Assembly (NCBI RefSeq): GCF_000143415.4
Contig: NW_003314309.1
Coordinates: forward strand, 1,115,199-1,179,198
DNA length: 64,000 bases
Source of the DNA: Selaginella moellendorffii
Taxonomy: Eukaryota > Plantae > Lycopodiophyta
Reading direction: 5' to 3'
Made by a program: the position numbers and the translations under genes. This document shows positions 1-13,125 of the stretch, in pieces (positions within the stretch are counted from its first letter, which is position 1; each line of letters starts with the position of its first letter). The notes beneath the pieces are model-generated. The model worked only from the letters and a program-made list of their open reading frames with translations, was not told the DNA's origin and ran no database searches.

Positions 1-1491
1 TGCCCCACGTGTCCGATCCCATGACTAACACCCCAAGGTACCACTAACATATCAGCCCGTTACGCTAAGGCCATGCCCATTCACCTTGGTCACACTAGTG
101 ATCTAACACCACTTGCATCACAATCTTGTCTCTCAAAGACTGGGCCATCCATTCACGAGTGATCATCCCAGATCCACTCCTTAGCATCCTTAGGATGCCC
201 ACAGACATGGGGAATAGCCTTCCCCAACATCCCTTTATTAGTTCCTACCAAGTCCCTTTCCCGTCCATGGTTATGTTCACCAACACTGCCACTAGATTGA
301 GGCCCGCAGGCCCGGCCACTAAGTCCCATTGTGGGACTTCCTCACCATGTAACTGTATCCGTAGTCACTACACTAGAAGACTGCTCCTCCTCCTTTCCCC
401 CATTGGGACTTCGGGACAACATTTCGGAACACCGTGGCTCTACGTGAGCCCCATAGGTACTCTCCCCACCTTCCGCCTTTAGGTGCTCTAGCCATGGGCT
501 TAGAGCGAGGTCCATTGAGCCACACCAGGTATCCAAGTAGGTAGTGCCACCCACACTTGGACTGGGAGCATCGGCCAGATGATCTCCCGGGGGAACTAGA
601 GCCGGCTCTTGAACACTTCACCAAGCTACCCCGCTTGTCGGTCCGTGTTCACTCTAGTCTTGGACTTCCCAGTGGTCAACTCATCACCCAACACTGGGTG
701 TAGCCTCTCTGGGCCAAACAGGCCTTTCCTGGCCAAATTGGCTCCACTGCAGTCCTCCCCCTACTATACTTTTGGAGCTCACCAAACCCCCCAGGGTCTG
801 GGAGACGAATGCTTTGGGCTTTCACCCTCTCAGACTTGAACTCGGACTTGGACTCGGACTTGGACTCGGACTCGGACTCGGACTCGGACTCGGACTCGGA
901 CTCGGACTCGGACTCGGCCTCGGTCTCGGTCCTGATCTCGGTCTCAGTCTCGGTCTCGGTCTCGGTCTCGACCTCGGACTCCATCTCGGGTCCATCTCGG
1001 ACTCCATCTCGGATTCCATCTCGGACTCCATCTCGGACTCCATCTCGGACTCCGTCTCGGACTCCGTCTCGGACTCCATCTCGGACTCCGTCTCGGACTC
1101 CATCTCGGACTCCGTCTCGGACTCCATCTCGGACTCCGTCTCGGACTCCATCTCGGACTCCGTCTTGGTCCATCTCGGACTCCATCTCGGACTCCGTCTC
1201 GGTCCATCTCGAGCTCCACTTCGGGTCCATCTCGGACTCCACTTCGGGTCCATCTTGGACACTTCCACTTGTCATGTGTTGGTCCTTTTGGGTCCCTTTT
1301 TGGAGCCTCGCTTATTGCTCGCTTCATGCTCGTTCCTTGAGCACTCCGTTGGGAGTTCCACTCCCGCTCTCAACCTCTCAAGTCGGAGCCTTTTAGTCCA
1401 AACGTGTTATGCTCGTTTGGCTTTTGCTTTGGCCACTACCATGTGGCACCCTTTCGGCTCCACTTTGGGGCTTAGGGATTTGTGTCTCACA
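1..1491 (-). mobile_element. LTR of a Ty3/gypsy-type family, truncated by the window start; same family as the solo LTR at 57172-58820
   Basis: 1-1491 aligns by eye with the reverse complement of 57172-58658. It ends in ...TGTGTCTCACA (TG terminus on the - strand) and contains a GGACTC-derived tandem array. Confidence 0.8.
835..1260. repeat. Tandem array inside the LTR: (CTCGGA)n hexamers grading into (CTCGGACTCC[A/G]T)n 12-mers
   Basis: Directly visible; it produces the low-complexity DS/SPR/DGVR ORFs in several frames. Confidence 0.95.
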
Positions 1492-1775
1492 TAGTCCTAG
1501 AGCAACCAGCATCCCAGTGCCAAGACCAACACGCAAAATGGAGCCAAACAGAGTTTGGCACTATTTCAGCATACTAATGATCTAATGCAAGGATACGGGT
1601 ACTCCACCAGCTGATATGAAATGGAACTTGGGCTTTGACCCAAGCCAAATACAAAACAAGGACAAGCACGCAAGCAAGAACTAAACTATGCCTCAAATTA
1701 GTCAACCATACCTGATCTACCCACTATCCCCCTCCCCTTGAGGAACACATGTTTTGGGCTTTCACCCCAAGCCAC
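1492..1775 (+). mobile_element. Fragment of a related LTR family, the apparent insertion target of the 1-1491 LTR
   Basis: 1493-1728 is an inverted copy of ~7650-7889 and carries the motif CTATCCCCCTCCCCTTG...TTGGGCTTTCACCCC also found in the chromovirus LTR at ~45860-45910. Confidence 0.65.
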
Positions 1776-2199
1776 CTTTAATACTAGGAGTTAGTCTCTA
1801 GGACAAGCTTGAAACTTACTAAATATGGAATGTTCTTAAATTGCAAATTTGGACATGGGACGAACACTATTGTATTCAGGATAATTTTTACATTCCATAA
1901 ATATACTAAATGAGCAAATCTAGACACTTTCCATAATTAACATGTGGGACCGAAATGAAACTAACACAAAGAGCATGATAGTGAGGGTGTTTGGCAAACA
2001 CGATAAACTATCATCCAGCAATATTGAGAGACTAATCTCAATACGCGAGAGTTCTTGTCACTAACTAGTGCAAGACATAACGAGACAAGAACTCCTTACT
2101 AGGTTAAGTATGTTTAGTTAATAACATATAGGAATTCCATCCTTATGCTCGTCCAGTCTAAGTACACTTGAAATGTCCAATTAACTCCACTAGCACAAA

Positions 2200-3250
2200 A
2201 GGGACTTATAAAGGGTCCAATAATAACAACCTCCTACCATTGTGACAGTAAGGAAAGAGTGTCCTTAAAGACTGGCCGACAAATAACTTTCGATATCTAA
2301 AATCACATTCGCAACACTTACCCTTTATCCCTACCATACATTTGGATATTTGGACACTTGGAACCCAATCCCCCCCTACAATATTGTATTTCCATCTTGC
2401 TCTTCTATTCCCTCTAGATCCCTTTAATAGTCTTTGTGTTGTAGTGGTCGACCGACTCAAGAAAGAGGATGCTGATCTCTTTAATTTTGACATGCTATTT
2501 GGGGCCAAGATTACAACATATCATCTTATTCTAATTGCGGATGCTAGTTCAATTAAGGTTTTTATTTGATATCAGTCACCCAAGGAAATCAAGATTTTAT
2601 ATGCATGTTAAAGAGATTTTAAAAAAGGGTGTTATTTGAAATTCTCGAAGTCTTTAGGTATATGAACCTCATCTTATGATGAAGTATGATAGGAGTTTTT
2701 GCTTTTGCATTGACTATCCTTAAATAATATGACTATCTTAAATATATACCCTCTTCCTCACACGGTTGATATTTTGGATCGTCCGGGGAGAAGTTATTAA
2801 TTCACTAAGTTAGATTTTACTTTTAAGTACTAGCAAGTGCCGATGGCTAAAGAAGATATTTTTAAGACTACTTTTCATACACCATTTGGCTTGTATGAGT
2901 TCTTGGTGATATTGTTCGATTTAAATAATGCTTGAAACTTTTTAACGGATGATGGATAAAGTTTTTTACGATATGCTAAAGGTGAGTACTAACTTCAACA
3001 ATGATGTTTTGATCCACTTAGAGAGGACATAGGAGGAGCACATCCATGATGTTTATAATGTGTTAGATTGACTACAAGAAGTTGATTTAATGTTGAAGCA
3101 ATTAAAGAGTGTGTCTCAAATACTATATTTCTCGTAAAGGTTTATAAGTTAATCCTAACAAATTTATAGCTGTTCTTAAATTCTTTATTCTGAGTGGCAA
3201 ATATGCTAGTCCATAACTATTTAGCACGGCACTAGTGGATCCTTCCTAGG
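2200..3250 (+). mobile_element. Degenerate Ty3/gypsy pol fragment (RT)
   Basis: ~2865-2935 reads KTTFHTPFGLYEFLVILFDLNNA, matching the gypsy RT motif KTAFxTxxGLYEFxVMPFGLxNA; many stops. Confidence 0.7.
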
Positions 3251-3599
3251 CATGATTATAAGTGGATCAATCAAGACTGTAGGGATTAATCTATTAGTTC
3301 AAGTAGTCATTGCCGCGCTTTTTTATAAACTTTTCTTAGATTGGATTGAAGGCAGTGCGAAAGCAAGCTTGAAGTTTAGTCAAAGTTAAGACCGAAAAGA
3401 GAGTTATCAAGATGAAAGATCAAACATGTAAATTATTTTCTCTTTTTGGAGAGATGATTTACAACAAGGTGTGACTCATTGCTCATGTCCACATCATGCA
3501 ATCAAGAGTCCCTACCTTGATGTATGTTGGAAATGATAGTCTTATAAATGGTGAGTTGTGGGATGGATGGCAATGAAGTGCTAATCCATTTTATCTAAG

Positions 3600-6500
3600 T
3601 TTATTATTGAAAACTTCGGTTATAATGCTCAATTCTTTTCCAGGGAACTTTACTATTGCTCTTTGAGTAACTTGGTGTTGGATTACTTTTAAGTTTGGTC
3701 GGAAATTGAGTGGCATGAGCTTGTCTGTGTTATGAACAAAAATTAATGGTGTTGGGTGTTATAAATCTCTATATGTGGGGTGTAGCATTTATGTTGCATT
3801 TTGTCGAATCGAACTAGCACTTGATACTCATATAAACCTTTGTAATAATGACATAGGCATTGGTCGTGGTGTTGCTCAATTGATGATCAAGTCATTGTGA
3901 TTTTATATCATATCCATATGATAGTGAACAATGTGTTTACAAAGTTGCTTGGTTAAATGATGATCAACCCCAAAGTGGTTGATGGTGAAGCTAATCTATT
4001 TGCAAGTAGTAACATTTAAGTAACTTTGATTAAGTTCTCAATAGTGATCCATTATGCTAAGGTTAAATTGGTTCTTTTGTTCCTTGAGGGTTTGCACATT
4101 AAAGTGTTGGAAAGGTTCACTTGCTATAACTTATTGCTTAATCTATCAGCATTTGGAGTGAATTGTTGGATGGAGAAGATGTGTAGTTGAGGCATTGACA
4201 TCACTAGCATTTGTGTTAATGGAAGTAACATTGTTATTTAAAGTGATGAGGATTTTTCCTTAGAACTTGATTTTTCATGTTATTTTTCTTGTTAGTGTTT
4301 TGGCTTCACATTGGATCTTGAAGGTAATTAGAAAAGAGAGTTAATGCAATATGAATATCCAAAGATATAATCTTCGTGATCAAGCCTTGAATGTTTATTT
4401 TGCATTTTATGGATATCAACATTGGACATTAGAAAAATGGGCAAAGATGTCCAGTGTTTAAGCATGCTATTAGGTGAGAATTGGTGTTAAGGTAAACTTA
4501 TGTAAAGTTGTTAGTAAAAAGAAGTTGGTTAAGTTTTGAAAGTTTGTATTCCTAAATTGAGAGTCATTTTTTCTCTAGGATGGAAAATTTTTCACAAATT
4601 TTTTTAAGCTTTTCCAATGATTAATCTGTTGATCACTTTGTTCGAAAACCATTCCATTTTTGTAAGCCAATACATACTAGTGAAGGGGTTGGAGTTAATT
4701 TTAGTTGGCTTAAACCTTGGTATAGTTTGTATGATGCAACCCGAAAGGAATGTTGATTTTTGGGGTTAAGGCAATTGAGTTGAATAGAGTCTAGAGTTAG
4801 TGTAGAAAATGGTTGTTGCACTTTTCTAAAAAGGTGACTCTTGTGCCTTTCTTTTGTAGTATTGTGTTAGGTGGCAAGTTGCACTTTGCATTTTTTTTAG
4901 ACTTTATGAGAGTAATGAGCTATCACTAATCTTGACTTGGTCTTAGTGGCCCTATGCCTTGGTTGAGGATGGTGATGTCCAATTGAGTTGTTTAAAATTA
5001 AGATGTTAGTACCTGAATTATAACTTTGTCTATGAGGAGGTTGTGTACCAATATGAGTCCATCTCATGATTTTCACTTTAGTTTCAACTAAGTGTTGATC
5101 ATGCATAGCTAGCCTCATTAGGGCATGCTCAAAGCCGTTAGCTAAATTTATTAGTGAGCTTATTGTGGTTGAATTGGATTTGAGTAATCATTTAGTTTAT
5201 GCTTGTTTATGAACCTATATCTCGTACCTAAGGTATTACGTTGATGTTAGACAAAGTATATGACTTGATGGCATGAGTTTAATGTTTGGGTCTTGTGAAG
5301 GCAAGTTGAAAGAGTGATTGTTATTTGCTTGGCAACTAATGATTGTTTGTAGACTTCGTCATTGTAACGCACTTTATCTCTCTCCTTTAAGCCAACTGGA
5401 AAATGGGCAATTGCTTGATAAGAAAGCCTTTAGTGGTTATTTTATCCCCATTTATCCCCTAAGGTTCTAAGGATCCATAGTGACAGTATTTTCAAATATC
5501 GTCCCATGATCATATGCACTACAGTCATGGACTATTTAACACTTATTTTGTTCGATGATGATTTAGCAGTGATAGGCTTGCTTTATCAGATGGTGTTGCG
5601 GAGGATCGTGTTATTAGACTTACATAGTTTTTCCATATTGGCATATCAATTCTACCTTTGTCAATGTCATTTGGTTGCATTTAATCCATGGTGTTGAATT
5701 TCATGGAGTCTTAGATATGGTGAATCACTCCTTGATAATGTGTTATTTGTAATCGAGTAATGCTGAAAGATTGGTCTCAGATACTGACTAAGGTATCTTT
5801 GACTTTAGTTAACTTGGTTGCTAAGGAGCTTTGGATAGTGATTCACTCTTGCTTTCTTTTAGTTTTGTTTTGGTATTAATGGCATTGAAGTGATGCTTTG
5901 TCGTTGACAATATTGATATTGAGATTCGAGTAAAATGAGGTATCTCTCTTTAGGATTGATATTGAGTTTCATTAGTCTTGATGAAGATAGTGTTGATGAT
6001 TTGGTTATAGCTTTATGTCATTGGCATTTGTGCATTTGCTAGTTAGTAATTGTATTGACATTCAAATGAGTTGAGTAGCAAGTTGAATTAGTTGTGTTTT
6101 AGACAAGATTATTTAGTAGGGGTTGAGATTTAGCTTTTTCTTGAAAAGTGATTTAGTCATGTACAATGTTAACTTTACGAGAGCAAGAGTTAGTGATTGA
6201 TATTAAAGATATTTGAATCCTTATTGAATTTGAGTTGGGATATATTGATCATTAATGATTTTTTTTATACTTGTTATGAAGTGAGTTATGTCTTATTATA
6301 GATGGATTCATGGAGGATCGTTTAGTAATCACTTGTTGAGCATAGCTCCATTGTGCTTGAATTTTGGATTGATGTAGATATATTCTTCATTAGCTTTGCA
6401 TTATGAAGTTTAGCTTATGGATGTGTTGAAGAGGATATTATGAGTTGTGCCATGATTTCTTCTTTAGCATTAAAGTTAGTTCATGCAAGACTTATGATCA

Positions 6501-7560
6501 TTGTTAAGGAAGACTTAGTTATAGACTTTTCGAGCTTTTAGTTCCTTGAGTTTTCATATTTGTGGTTTATTTGTTAGAAGTTGCTAGGGAAAGCATTTTG
6601 GCTCATTAACTTCGATATTGAAGTTGACTTTTGCATCTATCAATCATTAGCAATGATTGACTATCATCTAAGATAGTTGATTATCCCTGTCAAAGGTTTT
6701 GCTTAATTATTGTTGATATAGAATGATTTGTTGTTTCTCGGGATAGTAAATTGTTTCTTCAATGATGATTATGTGTCTTTCTATTGATGGGATGATTAAT
6801 GTTTTTTCATGATGGTTAGTTATTCTCTTTGATGGCTTATGGCCTTTCGCAATACTACATATTCTTTGTGATTTGCTTTGGATTAGTCTCTTGGGTTTGA
6901 GATATTGATAAGATGTTGCTGACACTTGCTTGAGCAATTCTAATCCCTTGGTATTATTGACCGGGATCCATTGAGCTTGGCTAGTGTGATAGTTGAAGTG
7001 TTTGTTGGTTTTGCAACATTCACTCTATTTTGTTGATTGTTGTTATAATTGGTTCTAATAGATTGAATGTTATTACCTTTATGTGATACATTCGTGAGCA
7101 TCTTGCTTGCCAATCAATGATACTTTATATTCTTTTAGTTATCTTTGGTAAGTTGTTTGGCATATTGTCTACAATCTTTGGTAGTTAATCTTTATCATTG
7201 AGTTTTCTTGATGATATTATTGGATGGTTAATCATATGTTTTTCAACTATAATGATCTTGGTGGTTCCTGTACTCTAATATTGGTTTATCGGATGATAAC
7301 TTACTTGGAATACTTTTGTATTCTAATCTAAGATTTATTCATTGATAATTAAAACTCTAAAGTATCATTGTCTCTGCCTTTGATATTGTCTAATTATTAA
7401 TCTTTGAGTTTGGGCTAGTATAGGCAAATCGACTTTGGCACTTCGTGTGCATGGTGAAATCTCTAGTCATGAGGTAGCTACAGTCGATTGATCACATCAC
7501 CTGCCTCTTTGTCGATAATCTTTATTTCATTAAAAAGGCATGACTATGTAAATAACTCTA
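3600..7560 (+). mobile_element. Highly degenerate L1-type LINE (endonuclease + RT)
   Basis: Decayed motifs in the expected order: SDH-like (~4043), DxxKxYD-like (~5245), PLSPL-like (~5375), LFxDD (LILFDDD, ~5545). T-rich, no long ORF. Confidence 0.45.
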
Positions 7561-7639
7561 ACTGCCTATTTACAGTAGTCTATCTAAACCTTACCGACAA
7601 GTTTGATTTCTTTGCTTATGAGGGTTGTGGGGGGTTCTA

Positions 7640-8210
7640 AATGTATAGTAAGGATAGTGGGTAGGTCAAGTATGGCTGACCAACTTGAGGCATAGTTTAA
7701 CTCCTACTTGTGTGCCTGTCCTTGTTTTGTGTCTAGCTTGGGTCTAAGCCCAAGTTCCATTTCATACTAGCTGATGGAGTATTCATATCCTTACGTTAGA
7801 CCACCGATATGCTGAAATAGCACCAAACTTTGTTTAGCTCTATTTTGTGTACTGGTTTTGGCATTGGGATGCTGGTTGCTCTAGGACTGATCCAAGTTGT
7901 TCCGTGCTCCTGTCCCTTCGCTCCTTGGGCTATATGTTCGGGAGTCATTCCATGCTCTAATAGCATTGCTCTTTAGCTCCATGCTTGGGAGTTTGGCACC
8001 ATTCCTTTGTTCAATGACATTACTCCTTAGGCTGTACGCTCAGGAGTTATTTCGTGTTTCAATACCTTCACTCCTTGGCTCAAAGCTTGGGAGTTTGTCT
8101 TTGTTTATTTAGTAGCCCAAGGCTTTGAAATTTGGGTTCTGCTCTGTTGTCCTTGGACACATGGCATATAATATGTGGCACATATAGAGTTTAGGTTCCA
8201 CTTTGTGGTT
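7640..8210 (-). mobile_element. LTR fragment, inverted copy of the 1492-1728 family, with ~50-bp internal degenerate repeats
   Basis: Reverse-complement match to 1493-1728; repeated GCTCCTT...GGGAGT units at 7900-8100. Confidence 0.6.
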
Positions 8211-10139
8211 ATCCTATGGTAAATTACCATAGGATAAAGGGTAAAAACCACATGTGTTACATTGAAGAGCATTATCAAATGTGGCTATAGTAAGTGTATA
8301 CATAAGTCCCATAAAATTTTGATGAAGTGCTAGCATAATATTCTTAATTTGATTCACTCCAATATATTTGGCTCCACATAAAGTAAGAGGGGCTAAAAGT
8401 GAATACCAAATTGTATCACTGACTCAAATGGCCTTTGAAGATAATACAATTGTTAGAAACCATCATCATAATTGTTAGCATGTCCAATATATAATTGAAG
8501 ACATCTAGGAGAATGCTCCAATCTGTATAAATGGTTGTGCTCAAACTATTGTATCACTACATTGTTATCCCTTTGAAACATATGGGAAACTCATGCAAAT
8601 GCTAAACATCATCCCAAAAATGATAGGTAACAATCACTATAAAGTAATTGAGCTAATAGTACACATCATCCTTAAAATTCCCATGGAAAAACTTTAATTA
8701 GACACAAAGATAGTAAAAGGAGCTATACAATATGTCTTGAATATTACTATCAACTAAATTTGATTTTTCAACTACAATCACATAGGATCAAGAAGTTACA
8801 CCAACTATTGTCTAGAGTCAAAAGAGGAGGAGATTGCTACTTTGCCATGAAGATGAACAAAAAAGAAAAAAAGAAAAGAAAATAAACTATAAAGAAAGTA
8901 AGATTTAGATAATGTATAAGCTAAATCTAAATCAAAATCCCTCCCTAGGGACAATCAAAGTTACCCTTTATCTCCACCAATGTAAATGCATGGAATATGG
9001 AAATAGAATATAGATATATATGCATATTAATTAACCAAAAAACCTTAGTTTATATACAGAAATGAGTGGTTCGGATTGAAACTAATTCTATCAAAATCCC
9101 ACTATGTTAATTTTAGTATATGGCATCTTAGTTATACACTTGGACCTCCCAATAATATTTTATTTAATATAATATAATAACACTATCAATATATAATAGA
9201 ATATATTAGTGCTGCTTTCAAAGTAAAATAGGAGAAATTAATATATAATTCATATACTTGCAGCTTGGATTAATGTTAGTCTCATATTAAACATTTCTAT
9301 TGATCTAAATAGAATCTATTGCCATCTATCTAAATGATATTAGAAAAATTTATATTAACTAATTTCTTTAACCAGGCTTATATTTATAAATATATATATA
9401 GCTAAAACTTCAGTGCACAAGACCTCAAAATCATTATTCTGTCCACAGTGTCTTTTGTTTTGTTGGGCTTCTGGAAATACCTCTATAAAATATATAAGCA
9501 AAGATGATGGTACAGCTATGTTGATAATTTGGAACATGATTTTGCCCATCTAGTATGCATATTCATACTCCATCCTATAAAATGTTAAATTAGCCACTGC
9601 AAAAAAGAGGAGGTATCTTGCAAGGTATCAGACTGGATTATTCTACTCACAATCTTCCAAATTGTGGCTAAACTATTGATATTAAAAATAAAGAAAAAAT
9701 CATCTTTCAATCTTTCCAAAGGCACACCTAGATCTTAACAGGCACTTAAAACCAAGGCTTATAATAATTTATTATTTTTTAGCAATTTATTTCCAGGTGC
9801 AAAAGGTTTTAATTGCTCCCAGGCAATGGCACAAGTGGAAGGAGGCACATATACAAAAGTGCATATGGCTAAACCAGGATATAAGCTCTTAAGTTTAAAC
9901 TTCCTAATACCCAACTAGTACTACTCAAGTTTAAGAACATATTATATCTTAATCAACTATACCTCCTAACATAGCCCCCATGTTTACAATTCATAATTGT
10001 GTCTCAATAATCCTTCCACAGGTTCACCTATATGCAACACGATGTGACACTCTTTGGATTTCCATCCTCCTTCCTCTAACTGATAAGAATCACACTTTTG
10101 GACAAGCATAGAACTAAATCAAGCTGTGTGCATTTGATA

Positions 10140-11450
10140 GCAACATAAAGGCAACATCACTGCAAGGATTTGGTCTAAGAGCATTCCTTGCTGCTCATTC
10201 AATCTAACCATGGACAGCACAAGCCCCTAGCAAAGTTGTCCAAACAATCTTGTCGGCTGCAAAGGGCATGCTGTGGAGCAGCTCCTCAGCTTGCTCCAGC
10301 CACCTTGCTCATCCCAGCAAATCTATCAAAGCTTGATCACCGGCAAAATGCCATGAGCTTCCAACATGATCCCAAAGTGCTCCCTTGCTGAGTTGACCAT
10401 GCCTTTGTGATTGCAAGCTGTGAGAATGCTCATGTAAGTGATGTAGCTCGGTCTCACTCCTTCGAGGAGCATTGAGCCAACGAGCTCCAGTGTGGTTTTC
10501 CAGTCGTCATTCTGGGAAAATGCCCGGAAAATTGAATTCCAAGCGTAGAGATCCCGCTTGGGCATTCAATTAATAGCCTCCACAAGCTGGCCATTTTGGG
10601 TGAAGCCAGAAACCATAGTTTTCCATGAAACTTTGTCATGGACAGGCATTTTCTCAAAGGTAACGCAGGCATGACGCAAATGCCCCTACATGCCATTCGC
10701 AGAAATAAGGCAGTTCTATGGAAAAGCAGTTCGTGTGGACATGGTGTCAAACGTAGCCTTTTCCATCTCAAGATTTCCATTCTGAGAGTGTGCCTGAATC
10801 ATGGCCATCCATGCCAACGGGTCCCAACAAGGCATCCTTGCAAAGACAAGCTCCGTCTCATCAAGATCCCAGTTCTGGGCATAAACCAGGTCCAGCATCA
10901 GCTGCATCACCTTGATCGCCTTCTCGACGTTTTCAGACTGCCAGAAGCCCGAGATGAGAATGTTGTAACCAAGCTTGTCAGGCTCGCAGCCACTGTCTCG
11001 CATTGTCTTCTGGGGGTGCAGATGTTGCAATGCTTCAGAGATATCACCATCAACTTTGTGGATCAGCGTCTTTCCTTCACGTTTGAAGGGCAGCCGGTGG
11101 AATGGAGGGGAGATTGTGAAGCCTCAACTGCACAGCCACTGCCTTTTATGGGGAGGTGAGAACCGCATCAACCGCCCCCATTTCCATCACATAAAAGTTT
11201 TCCACAAAGGAAAAAGAATCAACTCTGAATCAACTCTATCCACCCGTATCAGTCCTCTGTTGGCAATTTCGACCTCCAGATGCTGGTTGTGTCACTACCC
11301 ACAATCTGGACATTGATAAAGGAGTGGGACGCACTAACACAAACGCTTGCCTCCCCTTCATCAGTCCCTGATACACTGTGGACCTGTTTTTCCCAAAAAG
11401 GAGGGAAGTGAGATTGTAGCACTCAAGCATGCTCCTGTCCCCTTGCCTAT
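10140..11450 (-). pseudogene. Frameshifted PPR pseudogene (P-type segment joined to a PLS-type segment)
   Basis: Fragments in different frames: MRDSGCEPDKLGYNILISGF (P-type); VYAQNWDLDETELVFARMP and MPKRDLYAWNSIFRAFSQN...GVRPSYITYMSILTACNHKG (PLS-type). Confidence 0.8.
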
Positions 11451-12719
11451 GCAGATGCTTCCCCTTCCTATATGAAAATTTCTTGCTCCAAATCCAAGTC
11501 TTTAAACAGTGTTATAACTAAGTCTCCATCATCATTCATTTTGAATTGCATGCTCATCAACTTGCCCCGATTTTCTCCTTGCAACTAATCTAGCAATCAC
11601 ATCACAATATATACTTAAAAATATGTAGTGAAGGGTTTAAAGATGTATATTATTAATCATCACTTATAAGAATTCTTTAAACACAAAATGTTGCTCATTT
11701 TGCACGGTTGTGATGTTTGTGGAGTCTATGTTTAAACTTTTCTAGAAATCCCTTATTCAAAAGAAGATCTACCATATTAACATCATCCTCATTGTCATTT
11801 ATACTTTTGGAGGACATATTATTAAACTCTAACTAGATCATGCAATTTCATCAAATAAGTTATTCAAGTTAAGTCTCTCAAAAGTTGGCCTTAAAATAAT
11901 AAGACTAAGATTTATAAAGCTTTCTTTCGCAAAAATATGGAGATCACTGCAAGTAAATTCAGCCTTTTAAGATAAACAATGTAATCACTCACAACACACT
12001 TGAATGATAAAATAGTGGCAGTGGCTAATGCCAAATTAACACTAAATGTCGGCTTGAGCCTCTCTGACTTTATTCTGTACCATAACAAAAATGACAACTC
12101 AGTGATTGTGCTTGGAAATCCCAAAACACTAATTGGTACCAAATGGTGTTTTTCAGGGTTGCCCAATACACCATTCGGTGACTGAATGGTGTCTAAGGCA
12201 TCCAAAATACACCATTTGGTGTTTCTTGACGAACTGATTGGCGTCTAGAGCATTTTCAAATGAGTCACTAAATAGTGTTTTTTAGGGTTGCAAAAAACTT
12301 TAATTTTGGATCATTAATCACTCACAAAATTAGGGTTGAGCCAATAATATCTTTCAGCATTCAGCCACAATTTAGACTTGTATAGATGGATATTAAATTG
12401 CTCCATTCAAATAGAGGGGATTAAATGGTTCTAGAAGTTGCTAGGAATTTAAAATTTTAAATCAGCTATAAAAATAGTGAAAGATTCTTTGTTACTATTG
12501 CTAGTTCTTTTTATTCTTTGTGGTAATTTGGTACATTTATTTAAATTTTTCTTTACATTGTTCAATAAAATAATGAATATTCTAAGAATATACAACTAGA
12601 GATGGAGAAGTTCCAGCAAATGTAGTGAAACTAGAGAGATACAACTATATATTCAAGAGATGGAGAAGTTCCAGCAACATCTGCAACGTCATCTGGACGT
12701 AGTTTGCCAGGCCATGAAA

Positions 12720-13125
12720 GTCTCTGCCGATAAGTCCCATTCGTTTTGGAAATTCCAGGTGAGCGAATTGGTCTACGTCAAGTTTCGACTGGAATGGCAC
12801 ACCCTGGGCTACTCGTTGTAAGCTTCACCCGAAGTTTTTAGGCCCTTTTGAGGTTATGGAGCGTGTGAACGAGGTTTCTTACAGGTTGCATCTTCCTGGT
12901 GCATCCAGAATCCACGAGGTCTTCCATGTTTCCGAGTTGAAACTCCATGTTGGTCCTCCAGTCATCAATGCTACCTTAGCAAGTTTGTGACGATCAGATC
13001 CTGCTTCAGCCCGACAAGGTGGTTGGTGGCTTACCATAACCTTCGTCATCGGCTGTATGAAGAAACTACAGTTTTGCCAGTAGATGTTGTGGGACCAACG
13101 GATCCTTTCAAGAGGGGATGTGATG
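12720..13125 (+). mobile_element. Ty3/gypsy integrase C-terminal fragment with PPT-like tract
   Basis: [41 protein letters not shown] (GPY/F motif) at ~12820-12945; purine tract AAGAGGGG near 13110. Confidence 0.8.

Noticed and set aside
960-1200. Regular short repeats superficially like a CRISPR array
   Set aside because: Head-to-tail repeats with no unique spacers, no cas genes, and a eukaryotic context.
676-1494. Long overlapping ORFs (DGVR/SPR/DS/LG repeats), also at 57268-57822, 45918-46363 and 59472-59851
   Set aside because: By-products of a stop-free 6/12-bp tandem repeat inside LTRs; no evidence of protein coding.
11730-12400. Possible hAT dimerisation-domain remnant and CACCA(T/A)TTGGTG-like subterminal repeats
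   Set aside because: Similarity (LALATAT) is too weak, and no TIR/TSD pair could be identified.
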